Shown piece after piece: positions 18,339 to 28,312 of a DNA stretch of 64,000 bases. Within the stretch, counting starts at the first letter, position 1, and every line of letters starts with the position of its first letter. The notes under the pieces were generated by a model, which saw only the letters and a program-made list of their open reading frames with translations, was not told the DNA's origin and ran no database searches. The stretch is from Gammaproteobacteria bacterium (GTDB lineage: Bacteria; Pseudomonadota; Gammaproteobacteria; Ga0077536), in contig JACKNH010000015.1 of assembly GCA_024234975.1 (NCBI GenBank), positions 20,733-84,732 of the forward strand, written 5' to 3'. Position numbers and translations under genes: made by a program.

Positions 18339-19355
18339 TCAGATTGAAATGACGACCTTGCCGAAGTGGCTCTGGCCCAGCATATGCTGGTAGGCGGCCG
18401 CGGCATCGTCGAAATCGAAAATCTTGTCCACTGCCGGTTCGAGTTTGTTGACCTCGATGGCGGCATTCATGTTTTCGAACATGGTGCGATGGCCGACAAA
18501 AATGCCATGCAGACTGGCGCCCTTGAGCATCAACGCATGCGGGTTCGGGCTGCCTTCACGGGTCAGCACGCCGATCAGGCAGACCTTGCCGCCCATGGCC
18601 ACAGCATCCATCGATTGCCCCAATGTACCGACGCCGCCAACTTCCACCACGCAGTCAGCGCCTTCACCGCCGGTCAGTTCCATGACTGCTGCTGCCCAGT
18701 TCGGCGTTTCCCGGTAGTTGATGGTGTCATCCGCGCCGAGTTTGAGCGCGCGCTTCTGTTTTTCGGCATTGGAGCTGGTGCAGATCACGCGTGCGCCGGC
18801 GGCCTTGGCCAATTGCAGCGCCAGCATCGACACACCGCCGGTCCCCAGCACCAGCACGGTCTGGCCGGGCTTCAGTGGTGAACCGGCCGCCATCAATGCA
18901 TGCCAGGCGGTGACGCCGGCGCAGGGCAGGGCCGAGGCCTGGGCAAACGTGAGGTGAGGCGGCAGTTTGACCGCATCGCGTTCGTTGTAGACAACCAGTT
19001 CCGCCAGCACGCCGTCCACCGGTGAACCCAGCGCCGGACGTGCTTCCTTCGCGGAAGGACCGCCATCGATCCAGTTGCGGAAGAATGTCCCGCTGACGTG
19101 GTCGCCGATTTCGAACCGGCTGACACCGGCGCCGGTGGCGATGACTTCACCTGCACCGCATGAGAGCGGGATCAGCGGCGCCTGCACCGGGCCGCTGAAA
19201 TACTTGCCGGAGATGATTGCGAGATCACGGTAATTCAGCGACGCTGCCCGCATGCGAACCAGTATCTCCCCGGGGCCGGGCCTGGGATCGGGACGTTCAA
19301 CCTGCCTGAGTCCATCCAAGCCAGTGCAACCAGTGTCAAGTTCGTACGCTTTCAT
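18339..19355 (-). CDS. Zinc-type/MDR-family NAD(P)-dependent alcohol dehydrogenase or quinone oxidoreductase
   Basis: ATG 19355 with AGAGGAG 5 nt upstream (the track starts one codon earlier at TTG). Rossmann motif VLVLGTGGVSMLALQLAKAAGARV. GroES-like N-terminal region with EILVRMRAASLNYRD. Confidence 0.85.
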   Translation of the reverse strand: MKAYELDTGCTGLDGLRQVERPDPRPGPGEILVRMRAASLNYRDLAIISGKYFSGPVQAPLIPLSCGAGEVIATGAGVSRFEIGDHVSGTFFRNWIDGGPSAKEARPALGSPVDGVLAELVVYNERDAVKLPPHLTFAQASALPCAGVTAWHALMAAGSPLKPGQTVLVLGTGGVSMLALQLAKAAGARVICTSSNAEKQKRALKLGADDTINYRETPNWAAAVMELTGGEGADCVVEVGGVGTLGQSMDAVAMGGKVCLIGVLTREGSPNPHALMLKGASLHGIFVGHRTMFENMNAAIEVNKLEPAVDKIFDFDDAAAAYQHMLGQSHFGKVVISI

Positions 19356-19393
19356 CAAGACTCCTCTTTTCGGATTTAAATGCGATCGTAATC

Positions 19394-20086
19394 TCAGCGC
19401 GGCGGATTCAGTTCTATCGTGCCGTTGACCATCACGTTCATTCGCTGGTCGCCGGCTTCCAGCGCGGCCGGGGCGACTTCCTTCATGTCCATGGCCATCG
19501 CGGCACGACCGCGATACATCATTGGCGAGGGCAGGCCGCTGCTGCCGATGTTGATACGCACGATGCGATAGCCGTCGCGATCGAGTTCATTGGCCACAGC
19601 CTGGGCGCGATTCTTGAACTGCGCGAGCGCATCGGCGATCAAGGCGTCCTCTGCGGTGTCGCGGGCCGCCTTGGAGATTTCGTAGCCGATGGATTCCACC
19701 GCCAGTTTCTCCTGCAGTTTGCCAACCAGGTCACTGAGAACCTTGCTGTCAGCACTTTGCAGGCGCAGTGACTGATTGGCGCGCCAACCGATGACGCGGT
19801 TGTTGCGGTCGTAGGTCGGGAAGGTCGAGTACTGTAATGTCTGGACCTCGACGCCGCGCACGCTCTTGGCGGTATCCAATGCCCAACGCATGGTCTGGTT
19901 GACCTCGTCGGCCACGTCGCGTTGCCGGACACCTTCACTCTGCACATAGAGCACTGCGACCAGCAGGTCGTTGGCGACGCTGCTTTCGGCAGTGGCGGAT
20001 AAATCGATTTGATCGTAATGCAGCACATCTTGTGCGCCGACCATGGGACTTGCCGCAAGCAATGCGGCCAGCAGGACTGGTTTCAT
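19394..20086 (-). CDS. SIMPL (DUF541) domain periplasmic protein
   Basis: ATG 20086 with AAGGAGG 10 nt upstream. Signal peptide MKPVLLAALLAASPMVGAQ. 230 aa with a SIMPL-like pattern (...IGWRANQSLRLQSAD...AEDALIADALAQFKNRAQAVANEL...). The 211 upstream codons of the track ORF are an artefactual extension. Confidence 0.8.
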   Translation of the reverse strand: MKPVLLAALLAASPMVGAQDVLHYDQIDLSATAESSVANDLLVAVLYVQSEGVRQRDVADEVNQTMRWALDTAKSVRGVEVQTLQYSTFPTYDRNNRVIGWRANQSLRLQSADSKVLSDLVGKLQEKLAVESIGYEISKAARDTAEDALIADALAQFKNRAQAVANELDRDGYRIVRINIGSSGLPSPMMYRGRAAMAMDMKEVAPAALEAGDQRMNVMVNGTIELNPPR

Positions 20087-20356
20087 AGCGGGAATGCCTC
20101 CTTGGAATCGCGGCCAGTGTATCCCCGTGACCGCCGGCCGCGCAAAAGGTGCCGGGGACGGCGAAGCCCCCGCAACGGCGCTGGTCCAGCAGGAATTTCC
20201 CGTTGCATGGTGGTGCGACAGGCGGGTCGATTGCACGCTGTGGCGGCACCGGATCAATGCTGCTATGGTTGCGCCTCCTTCAATTCCGGTAGCATATGGC
20301 GACAAATGTCGCGATGCTGAATCCATCCAGTTAGAACGCGACGAAAGCGAGAAAAC

Positions 20357-20605
20357 ATGAAAGTCAGTATGAAGCTTGCCCGCGTCGGCATGAACATGCA
20401 GGAAGCCACCATTTCCAAGTGGTTGAAGCAACCCGGCGAGGCATTCAAAAAGGGCGAAGGCTTGTACGAAATCGAAACCGAAAAAGTCACTCAGGAAGTT
20501 GAAGCGACCGGCGACGGCACGATGCTGGAAATCAAGGTTGAGGCCGGCGAAGACGCCGAAGTGGGTGATGTCGTATGTATCGTTGATCTGGCCGTCGGCG
20601 GCTGA
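20357..20605 (+). CDS. Stand-alone lipoyl-attachment domain protein (82 aa)
   Basis: MKLARVGMNMQEATISKWLKQPGEAFKKGEGLYEIETEKVTQEVEATGDGTMLEIKVEAGEDAEVGDVVCIV has the E2/H-protein-type lipoyl domain pattern with the ETEK lipoyl-lysine context. The protein stops right after the domain. Confidence 0.7.
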   Translation: MKVSMKLARVGMNMQEATISKWLKQPGEAFKKGEGLYEIETEKVTQEVEATGDGTMLEIKVEAGEDAEVGDVVCIVDLAVGG

Positions 20606-20621
20606 TAGCGAAGGTATTGCG

Positions 20622-21398
20622 GTGGATTTGAAGCTCAAGGGTCGTAATGTCATTGTCACTGGCGCATCACGCGGCATTGGATTGCGCATCGCGCGCCAGA
20701 TGGCCGGGGAGGGCGCCAATCTTGCGATCTGCGCACGCGGTCGCGAAGGCGTTGAGCAGGCCGTGGCGGAACTGTCATCAACCTATGGTGTGCGCGTTAT
20801 CGGTGATGCCGTCGACGTTACCGACGCCGACAGCTATCCGCAATGGATCACGCGCGCCGGCGAAGCGTTGGGTGGTATCGACGTCTTTGTCTCCAACGTA
20901 TCGGCAGGTCCGCGCGTGGGCGGAGTCGAAGGTTGGCGTAACATGTTCGATGCCGACATGCTTGGTGCAGTGCGCGGCACCGAAGCGGCCTTGCCGTTTC
21001 TACGTAAATCAGATATTGCCTCCATCGTGTTCATAGCCAGCATTTCCGGGGTGATGTCAAAGGCATTGGCGTCGCCCGGCATTCATGCTTACGGATCATT
21101 GAAGGCCGCGTTGATTGCCTACGGCGCGCAGCTGGCAAAAACGCTGGCGCCGGAGGGCATCCGCGTCAACACGGTGTCTCCCGGGCCGATCTACTTCGAA
21201 GGCGGTCCGTGGGATCATATCCAGCGCAACATGCCCGCTGCCTACGATGCCGCGATCAAGGAATGTGTCATCGGCCGTCTGGGTACGCCTGAGGAAGTTG
21301 CGTCTGCCGTGGTTTTCCTGGCCAGCCCCGTCTCCGGTTTCACTATCGGCCAGAACCTGCATGTGGACGGCGGTTACATGCAGCACATCGCTTTCTAG
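20622..21398 (+). CDS. Short-chain dehydrogenase/reductase (SDR) family oxidoreductase
   Basis: GTG 20622: VDLKLKGRNVIVTGASRGIGLRIA (TGxxxGxG motif), catalytic YGSLKAA (YxxxK), C-terminal GQNLHVDGG. Confidence 0.85.
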   Translation: MDLKLKGRNVIVTGASRGIGLRIARQMAGEGANLAICARGREGVEQAVAELSSTYGVRVIGDAVDVTDADSYPQWITRAGEALGGIDVFVSNVSAGPRVGGVEGWRNMFDADMLGAVRGTEAALPFLRKSDIASIVFIASISGVMSKALASPGIHAYGSLKAALIAYGAQLAKTLAPEGIRVNTVSPGPIYFEGGPWDHIQRNMPAAYDAAIKECVIGRLGTPEEVASAVVFLASPVSGFTIGQNLHVDGGYMQHIAF

Positions 21399-21456
21399 GC
21401 CGGACGCCAACATCAAGCGGCTGCGCGCGGCTGCCGATAGTCCGGTATACCCATGA

Positions 21457-22683
21457 ATGATCGTGGCGCGCCCGCGCCACCGCGCGATGCTCCCAGCTCT
21501 GAACGCAGATTCCAACCCCGATAACGTTGCCGCGCTCAGGTACCAGCATTTCGTGCAGCGCGCGCTGCTGGCGTACGTGGTGATTGTCATTCTGCTGCTG
21601 ACCTTGTCGCCGTTCCGTTTCGCCTCGCCGCCGCCGTGGCGAATTTCCTGGTTGGGGACCGAAGATACGCCGGCGAACTTCCTGTTGTTCCTGCCGGTTG
21701 GGTTCTTCTTCCGTCTGGCCTTGCCGCCGCATGTGCGCGGCGGTCTGCTGGCGACGCTGTTGCTCGGAACGGCATTCAGCGCGGCCATTGAGATCACCCA
21801 GCTGTGGTTGCCGGCACGCTTGACGTCATTGTTTGATGTGATCGCCAATGGTCTGGGTGCGCTCGCCGGTGCAATCTTTTGTGTTGCCGTCCGGCGCCGG
21901 CTGCACCGCACGTTGCCCCAGGTGCTGACGCTGGAATTGCCGATGTTGAACGTGTTCTACCTGTCGCTGCCATTGATGTGGCTGGGCGGGTTGGGTATCG
22001 AAGACGGATCCCCGCGGGCATGGTTGCTGGCGCCGTTGGGTGCGCTGGGCGCGCTGATCATTTCCGGCTTGTGGCGGCATCGTTTTCATGCCGCTGCCCA
22101 TATGCCAAGGTTTGTTGTCGTACTGGTGACCGCGGCCTGGTTCGTGTTCGGTGGCTTCGTGATCATGCAGCGGGCGCCGGAAATCGTTGCGCAATGCGCG
22201 CTGGTCGTGCTGTTGGTCACCTGTGTTGGTCTGTACCGCCCGGCGCACGCGGCATTCGCCGAGCGACGATTCGAACGACGATTGCTATTGGCGGTCTGGC
22301 CAGTGGCGGTGTTGTACGCGCTGATGGTGGTGGCATGGCCGCTGCCCGACACCTTGTTGCCACCGGACTTTGCACTGGGTTACCCGGAATACTGGTTTCG
22401 CCGCGAACACACGTTCCGCATCGCCGAACAACTCGGCACATTGACGCTGCTCGGCTATCTCGTCGGTGAATCCTTCGGCCGCTTTCCACAGGCGAGAAAG
22501 CGGACCTACCTCATCACTTTCGCGCTCGCACTGCTACTGGAGTTGGTACATGGCTTCCTGCCCGGTGATCGCGCCAGCGCATTGCGCGCGGTACTGGGCA
22601 TGATCGCCGGTGGCTTCGGTTGCCAGCTCTATGCGGCGCAACTCAATCTCATTCGTGTGCTGAACGACCAGCACGAGGGTTGA
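21457..22683 (+). CDS. VanZ-family integral membrane protein (apparently two VanZ-like halves)
   Basis: Polytopic hydrophobic protein. N-terminal LLTLSPFRF...ANFLLFLPVGFFF...SAAIEITQLWLPARLTSLFDVIANGLGALAGA and C-terminal LELVHGFLPGDRASALRAVLGMIAGGFG resemble VanZ-like motifs. Confidence 0.65.
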   Translation: MIVARPRHRAMLPALNADSNPDNVAALRYQHFVQRALLAYVVIVILLLTLSPFRFASPPPWRISWLGTEDTPANFLLFLPVGFFFRLALPPHVRGGLLATLLLGTAFSAAIEITQLWLPARLTSLFDVIANGLGALAGAIFCVAVRRRLHRTLPQVLTLELPMLNVFYLSLPLMWLGGLGIEDGSPRAWLLAPLGALGALIISGLWRHRFHAAAHMPRFVVVLVTAAWFVFGGFVIMQRAPEIVAQCALVVLLVTCVGLYRPAHAAFAERRFERRLLLAVWPVAVLYALMVVAWPLPDTLLPPDFALGYPEYWFRREHTFRIAEQLGTLTLLGYLVGESFGRFPQARKRTYLITFALALLLELVHGFLPGDRASALRAVLGMIAGGFGCQLYAAQLNLIRVLNDQHEG

Positions 22684-22708
22684 TCACAGCACTGCAACGT
22701 TCGCAGTT

Positions 22709-24001
22709 TCAGCGCTCCGGCTCGGTCAGCGCCGCGTGCACCAGTGCGCGCGACAGGTTCTGCACCTGCGGCATGCCACCGGCGGACATCATGCGCTGGA
22801 TCATCGCGACAAAGACGACATCGTTGGTGGGATCGATCCAGAACCAGGTGCCGGCGGCACCGTCCCACAGGTAAGTGCCCTGGCCGGTGGTGCTGCCGGC
22901 CTGGTGCGGATCTTCAAACACTGCGACGTCATAACCGAAGCCGAAGCCCGGCCGCATGCGCTGGAAGCCGATACCGAATTCGCCGGTCATCAGTTTGTCG
23001 GGCAGGTGATTGGCGCGCATCAGCCCGACGGTGGCAGGCGACAGAATGCGGGCGCCATCGAGTTCGCCGCCATTGGCCAGCATCTGCGCAAAGCGGGCGT
23101 AATCGCGCGCCGTCGAGTACAAGCCGCCGCCGCCTGATGGCAAGCCGGGCACCACGCTGACATTCGGATCCCGCGGCAAAGGCGTCAACCCTTGCGCCTT
23201 GTCGAAGCCGTAGATTGTCGCAAGTCGATCGAGTTTGTCGGCCGGCACCGCGAACCCGGTGTCGACCATCTCCAGCGGATCGAAGATGTGCTTCTGCATG
23301 AACGTCGGCAGCGGCATACCGGAAAGCTTTTCGACCAGGTAACCCTGGATGTCCACCGACACGCTGTAAACCCAGGCATCACCAGGCTGGTAGGAAAGCG
23401 GAATTTCGGCCAGCCGTTCTATGAAGGCCTGCAATGAAGGTTTTGCCAGCGGATTATCCTGCTGATACATCTTGTCGACGGGGGAATCGCCGAAGAAGCC
23501 GTAGGTGAACCCGGCGGTATGCGACATCACCTCACCAACGGTCGGCGCATGACCCGGCGGCTTCAGAATCAACGCGCCTTTGCGGTCGGTGCCGGAAAAG
23601 ACCTTGAGATCCGCGAACTCCGGGATGTATTTCGCAAGCGGATCCTCCGGGTGCCATTTGCCTTGCTCGTACAGGATCATCATCGCGACGCCGGTGATCG
23701 GCTTGGTCATCGAATAGATGCGGAAGATGGAATCGGTGCGCATGGGCGCACCGCTGGCGAGATCCTGCTTGCCGTAGGCACTGAAGTTCACGACACGGCC
23801 ATGACGCGTCAGGTGGGTGACAATGCCGGCGAGTTCGCCCTGGTCGACCAATGCCTTCATGGATTCGTCGAGTTGCTCCAAGCGCGCTGCGGAGAATCCG
23901 ACCACGGCCGGCTTGGCCGGCGTCAGTTCCGCCGCGATGGTAGGCGCGGCCATCAGGTTCAACAGGATTGCGACTGGTGCGCCGTAAGTGATTGTTCGCA
24001 T
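22709..24001 (-). CDS. Serine hydrolase of the beta-lactamase/esterase (class C-like) family, secreted
   Basis: ATG 24001. Signal peptide MRTITYGAPVAILLNLMAAPTIAAE. Active-site SxxK in FRIYSMTKPITGVAMMIL. 430 aa. Confidence 0.85.
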   Translation of the reverse strand: MRTITYGAPVAILLNLMAAPTIAAELTPAKPAVVGFSAARLEQLDESMKALVDQGELAGIVTHLTRHGRVVNFSAYGKQDLASGAPMRTDSIFRIYSMTKPITGVAMMILYEQGKWHPEDPLAKYIPEFADLKVFSGTDRKGALILKPPGHAPTVGEVMSHTAGFTYGFFGDSPVDKMYQQDNPLAKPSLQAFIERLAEIPLSYQPGDAWVYSVSVDIQGYLVEKLSGMPLPTFMQKHIFDPLEMVDTGFAVPADKLDRLATIYGFDKAQGLTPLPRDPNVSVVPGLPSGGGGLYSTARDYARFAQMLANGGELDGARILSPATVGLMRANHLPDKLMTGEFGIGFQRMRPGFGFGYDVAVFEDPHQAGSTTGQGTYLWDGAAGTWFWIDPTNDVVFVAMIQRMMSAGGMPQVQNLSRALVHAALTEPER

Positions 24002-24153
24002 GGATTCCACCCTGGTTGATGACGTCGACGATATCGACGGACGCCGCGATTGTAACGTGTGTGCAGCGCATGACGATGACTTCATCGCGCGCAACGCCAA
24101 TGGGGTTTGTATACTGCGTGTTCGCAGACATGACCTTGAGGGGGGATGGCGCG

Positions 24154-26040
24154 ATGAGCAGCAAGCGGCACGACGATGTCAGCCGGCGTGGATTTCTAAA
24201 GGCAGCGGCTGCTGGCACGGCGGCCGGCGGGCTCGGCGTCATTTCTCCCGGTAACGTACAGGCGGCAGATGTCGCCACGCCAACGATGCCTGCACCGGCA
24301 GCCGCGCAGCTTGCGCGCGAAGCGGGCAACGTTTCCCCCGGCATACCGGCGCGTTCAGCGGTGCGGCCGGGCTCGGATCTGATGGTGGAGGTGTTGCGCC
24401 AGTTGGGCCTGGAGTTCGTCGCTTCCAATCCCGGTTCCAGTTTCGAAGGTCTGCAGGAATCACTGGTCAACTACGGCTCGCCGCCGAACGTGCAACCTGA
24501 ATTCATCACCGCCCTGCACGAGGAATCGGCGGTGGATATGGCCAACGGTTATGCCAAGGCCACCGGCCAGCCGATGTGCGCGCTGCTTCACGGCACCATT
24601 GGTCTGCAGCACGCGGCAATGGCCATCTACCAGGCGTACTACGCCGGCACGCCGTTGCTTATCATCGCCGGCCGAGATGATGGCTTCATCCAGGCGCATA
24701 CCGCGAACGATATGGCGGCCATGGTGCGCAGCTTCACCAAGTGGGATGCGCAACCCAAGACGCTGGCCGAAGCGCTGGAAGCAATACACCAGGCGTGGCG
24801 CGAGGCCATCACCCCGCCCACCGCGCCAACGCTCGTGATTCTCGACATCGAGTTGCAGAAAGAGGAGGCCGGCACATTGGCGGTACCGGCATACCGGCCG
24901 CCGCGGATCAGCGGCATCGAATCGTCGACCGCGGCCGACATCGCCGCGCGCCTGCTCAATGCGCGAAATCCTCGTTTGCATGTTGGACGACTGCGCACGA
25001 CAGAAGGCGTGGACCTCGCCGTGCGGCTGGCGGAACTGACCGGCGCTTCCCTGGCGACCGCCGCGACGCGTGGGCCGATGAGCTTTCCGCAGACCCATCC
25101 GTTATCCGGCCCGGGTGTGGATACCGATTACGATTTCGAACTCGGCCTGGAAACCGATGCCGCCGGCGTGGCGATCATCGGGCCGCAGATTGCGGATTTG
25201 ACCGCAGCACGCGATACCGCCGAGGTTGGCTTCGGCGGGCTGCGCAATGCGCCAACCGCGCCGGCCTCGGGCATGCGGTTCGCGGTCGACGCGCAGGCCA
25301 GCCTGCCGGCGTTGATCGCCGCGGTGGAGCAACGTCGTACACCGGCGCAGGCGAAGACCATCGCCACGCGGACCGCAGCGCATGCGCAGGCGAATCGGCA
25401 AGCGCGCATCGCCTCGGTACGTACGGCGCTGGAAGACAAGCGTCATGGCTGGCACGACAGCCCGGTGAGCACCGCCCGTATCTACGCCGAGTTGTGGCCG
25501 CTGCTGATGGATGAGGACTGGTGTCTGGCCTCGCCCAGCCCGTTTTCGGGCGCGCATCACGCCGCGCTGTGGGAGCACAACCGGCCATACAGTTACCTCG
25601 GCGGCCAGGGCGCCGGTGGCATGGGTTATGGCCTGGGCGCATGCACCGGTGCGGCGTTGGCGGCGCGCGGTCGGCAACGTTTTGTCGTCAACATTCAGAC
25701 CGATGGTGACTTCAATTACGCCCCCGGTGCGCTATGGACGGCGGTGCATCACCAGCTGCCGATGCTGACCATCATGCACAACAACCGGGCGTGGCATCAG
25801 GAGCTGATGTTCCTGGAATACATGGCCGGCGTCCGCGGCCGCGGGACTGACCGCGGCCACATCGGCACCACGCTGCGCGACCCGTATATCGATTACGCAA
25901 AGCTGGCCGCGGGTTATGGCATGGCCAGTGAAGGTCCGCTGAGCGATCCTGAACAGCTGTTGCCGGCATTCAAGCGCGGCATCGCCAGCGTCAAACGCGG
26001 GCAGCCGTATCTCATAGACGTGATAACGCAGCCGCGCTGA
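24154..26040 (+). CDS. Thiamine-diphosphate-dependent enzyme (acetolactate synthase/pyruvate oxidase superfamily) with twin-arginine signal peptide
   Basis: ATG 24154 with GAGGGGGGA upstream. Tat motif SRRGFLK followed by an h-region and VQA/AD. Pyr domain ITALHEESAVDMANGYAKATGQP. PP domain with IQTDGDFNY...TIMHNNRAW (GDG-x24-NN). Confidence 0.85.
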   Translation: MSSKRHDDVSRRGFLKAAAAGTAAGGLGVISPGNVQAADVATPTMPAPAAAQLAREAGNVSPGIPARSAVRPGSDLMVEVLRQLGLEFVASNPGSSFEGLQESLVNYGSPPNVQPEFITALHEESAVDMANGYAKATGQPMCALLHGTIGLQHAAMAIYQAYYAGTPLLIIAGRDDGFIQAHTANDMAAMVRSFTKWDAQPKTLAEALEAIHQAWREAITPPTAPTLVILDIELQKEEAGTLAVPAYRPPRISGIESSTAADIAARLLNARNPRLHVGRLRTTEGVDLAVRLAELTGASLATAATRGPMSFPQTHPLSGPGVDTDYDFELGLETDAAGVAIIGPQIADLTAARDTAEVGFGGLRNAPTAPASGMRFAVDAQASLPALIAAVEQRRTPAQAKTIATRTAAHAQANRQARIASVRTALEDKRHGWHDSPVSTARIYAELWPLLMDEDWCLASPSPFSGAHHAALWEHNRPYSYLGGQGAGGMGYGLGACTGAALAARGRQRFVVNIQTDGDFNYAPGALWTAVHHQLPMLTIMHNNRAWHQELMFLEYMAGVRGRGTDRGHIGTTLRDPYIDYAKLAAGYGMASEGPLSDPEQLLPAFKRGIASVKRGQPYLIDVITQPR

Positions 26041-26052
26041 AGGGGGGCAGGA

Positions 26053-26460
26053 ATGACGATTGGTCGAGGCCGGCTTATTGTGACGATGGTGCTGTTGCTG
26101 GTTGCCGCCATGGCGCGCGGGGCGGATGTGGCGCGTGGCAAAACACTGTTCTTCGAACATGGTTGCTACAGTTGCCATGGTTACGGCGGCCAGACCGGCG
26201 CCCGTGACCTGGTCGGAACCGGCAGCCCGCTGGTGACCGACGAATCCACCTTCATCACGTTTCTGCGTCTGCGCGCGAACGAGGCACCGTTATTGCCTTC
26301 GACGCGGATGCCTAATTTTCCGGTTGAGGCGGTAAGCGACGCCCAGGCCCGCGATATCTTCGCGTTCATCAATACGCTGCGGCTGGACACGCCGGAAATC
26401 GACCAGGAACCGGCCATGAAGGCGATTCTGGATTCAGCGGGGCGTGAGTACCGCAAGTAA
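26053..26460 (+). CDS. Monoheme c-type cytochrome, periplasmic
   Basis: Signal peptide [26 protein letters not shown]. Single CYSCH heme-binding site. Starts 12 nt after the ThDP enzyme stop. Confidence 0.8.
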   Translation: MTIGRGRLIVTMVLLLVAAMARGADVARGKTLFFEHGCYSCHGYGGQTGARDLVGTGSPLVTDESTFITFLRLRANEAPLLPSTRMPNFPVEAVSDAQARDIFAFINTLRLDTPEIDQEPAMKAILDSAGREYRK

Positions 26461-26516
26461 CGCCGGCGTCTTGCCCCGCTATCAATGGTCCGGCCGTCCT
26501 TGTTAGGATCGCCGCC

Positions 26517-27476
26517 ATGCAGAACGCCTCACAGACGGTCGCCGCTGACAGCGCCGACACCATCATCTCCATCAACGACCTCGGCAAGACCTACGACAGC
26601 GGGTTCACTGCGCTGAAGAACGTCAACCTGGCGATCAAGCGCGGAGAAATCTTTGCCTTGCTCGGGCCGAACGGCGCTGGCAAAACCACTTTGATCGGCA
26701 TCATCTGCGGCATCGTGCGCGCCAGCAGTGGGTCCGTGACGGTCGACGGCAACGACATTGTCCGCGACTACCGTGCGGCACGCGCGGCCATCGGTCTGGT
26801 GCCGCAGGAACTGGCGACAGACACCTGGGAAACCGTCTGGGCGACGGTGAATTTCAGTCGCGGACTGTTCGGCAAGGCGCCCGATGCGGCTTACATCGAG
26901 CATATTCTGCGCGCGCTGTCCTTGTGGGAGAAAAAGGACAACAGAATCCTGACGCTGTCCGGCGGTATGAAGCGGCGGGTGATGATCGCCAAGGCTTTGT
27001 CACACGAACCTCGCGTGTTGTTTCTGGATGAGCCTACCGCGGGCGTCGACGTCGAGCTGCGCCAGGACATGTGGCAGGTGGTGCATGGCCTGCGTGAGCA
27101 AGGCGTCACCATCATTCTGACCACCCACTACATAGAGGAAGCCGAGGAGATGGCCGACCGCATCGGCATCATCAACCACGGTGAACTGATGCTGGTGGAA
27201 CGCAAGCAGGCGTTGATCAGCAAGCTGGGCCGCAAGCAGCTCACGCTGCATCTGGCCGAACCGCTGGCCGAGGTACCGGCGGCGCTGGCGGAATTCAAAC
27301 TCGAGCGTGCGCACGATGGTTATGATCTGTTGTACACCTACGATACGCAAAACGAATCCACCGGTATCGGTCCGCTGCTCGATGCCGTGGACAACGCCGG
27401 AATCCGTGTGAGAGACCTGAACACCTCGCAGAGTTCGCTGGAGGAAATCTTCGTCAGCCTGGTGCGCCGCAAATGA
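26517..27476 (+). CDS. yadG: ABC-2-type transporter ATP-binding protein
   Basis: Walker [10 protein letters not shown], signature LSGGMKRR, Walker [12 protein letters not shown]. The stop overlaps the start of the permease gene (ATGA at 27473-27476). Confidence 0.85.
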   Translation: MQNASQTVAADSADTIISINDLGKTYDSGFTALKNVNLAIKRGEIFALLGPNGAGKTTLIGIICGIVRASSGSVTVDGNDIVRDYRAARAAIGLVPQELATDTWETVWATVNFSRGLFGKAPDAAYIEHILRALSLWEKKDNRILTLSGGMKRRVMIAKALSHEPRVLFLDEPTAGVDVELRQDMWQVVHGLREQGVTIILTTHYIEEAEEMADRIGIINHGELMLVERKQALISKLGRKQLTLHLAEPLAEVPAALAEFKLERAHDGYDLLYTYDTQNESTGIGPLLDAVDNAGIRVRDLNTSQSSLEEIFVSLVRRK

Positions 27477-28237
27477 TCAATCACCGCGCGATTCGCGCCA
27501 TCTATCTGTTCGAAATGAACCGCACCTGGCGTACGGTATTACAGAGCATCGTATCGCCGGTGCTTTCCACCTCGCTGTACTTCATCGTGTTTGGCGCTGC
27601 CATCGGTTCGCGCATCAACGCGGTGGAAGGCGTTGACTACGGCGCGTTCCTGGTGCCGGGGTTGATCATGCTCACCCTGCTGCAGCAGAGTATTTCCAAC
27701 GCGGCCTTCGGCATTTATTTCCCGAAGTTCAGCGGCACGATATACGAGATGCTGTCGGCGCCGGTCTCGCCGCTGGAAGTGATCGCCGGTTACGTCGGCG
27801 CGGCGGCCAGCAAGGCCATCATGATCGGCCTCATCATCCTGGTGACGTCGACGGTGTTCGTCGAAGTGCGCATCGCGCATCCCGTCTGGATGCTGGCCTT
27901 TCTGGTACTGACGGCGGTGACGTTCAGCCTGTTCGGTTTCATCATCGGCATCTGGGCCGATGGTTTCGAAAAGCTGCAGATCATTCCGATGCTGATCGTC
28001 ACGCCGCTGACGTTTTTGGGAGGCAGCTTCTATTCCATCAGCATGTTGCCGCCGCTATGGCAGAAGATCACGATGTTCAATCCCGTCGTCTATCTCATCA
28101 GTGGCTTCCGCTGGAGCTTCTACGAAGTCTCCGACGTCAGCCTGGCCGTCAGCGTCGGCATCACGTTGTTCATTCTGCTGTGCTGCCTGACGGTGGTGAC
28201 CTGGGTCTTCCGCACGGGTTACAAGCTGAAGCATTGA
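27473..28237 (+). CDS. yadH: ABC-2-type transporter permease
   Basis: Six-TM ABC-2 permease. [14 protein letters not shown]...FLVPGLIM...[37 protein letters not shown] is collinear with E. coli YadH as I recall it. Confidence 0.8.
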   Translation: MINHRAIRAIYLFEMNRTWRTVLQSIVSPVLSTSLYFIVFGAAIGSRINAVEGVDYGAFLVPGLIMLTLLQQSISNAAFGIYFPKFSGTIYEMLSAPVSPLEVIAGYVGAAASKAIMIGLIILVTSTVFVEVRIAHPVWMLAFLVLTAVTFSLFGFIIGIWADGFEKLQIIPMLIVTPLTFLGGSFYSISMLPPLWQKITMFNPVVYLISGFRWSFYEVSDVSLAVSVGITLFILLCCLTVVTWVFRTGYKLKH

Positions 28238-28312
28238 CAGTCCGGATCGAAACCTCGATTCCAGCACGTCCGCCCAGGCTGTTCCTGCCGTCACTGCTTC
28301 AGCCATTCTCCT

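Noticed and set aside
20087-20719. N-terminal 211-codon extension of the SIMPL ORF (track ORF 19394..20719).
   Set aside because: A strong RBS (AAGGAGG) and a signal peptide begin at the internal Met (20086). The extension overlaps the lipoyl-domain and SDR genes on the other strand and has no recognisable features.
23992-24153. Upstream extensions of track ORFs: the ThDP enzyme from 23992, the PVADH-like gene from 48210, the MCP from 37054, the ATPase from 55910 and the PQQ-ADH to 14198.
   Set aside because: In each case an internal start with an RBS is followed directly by a signal peptide or domain start. The extension overlaps a neighbouring gene or divergent promoter region.
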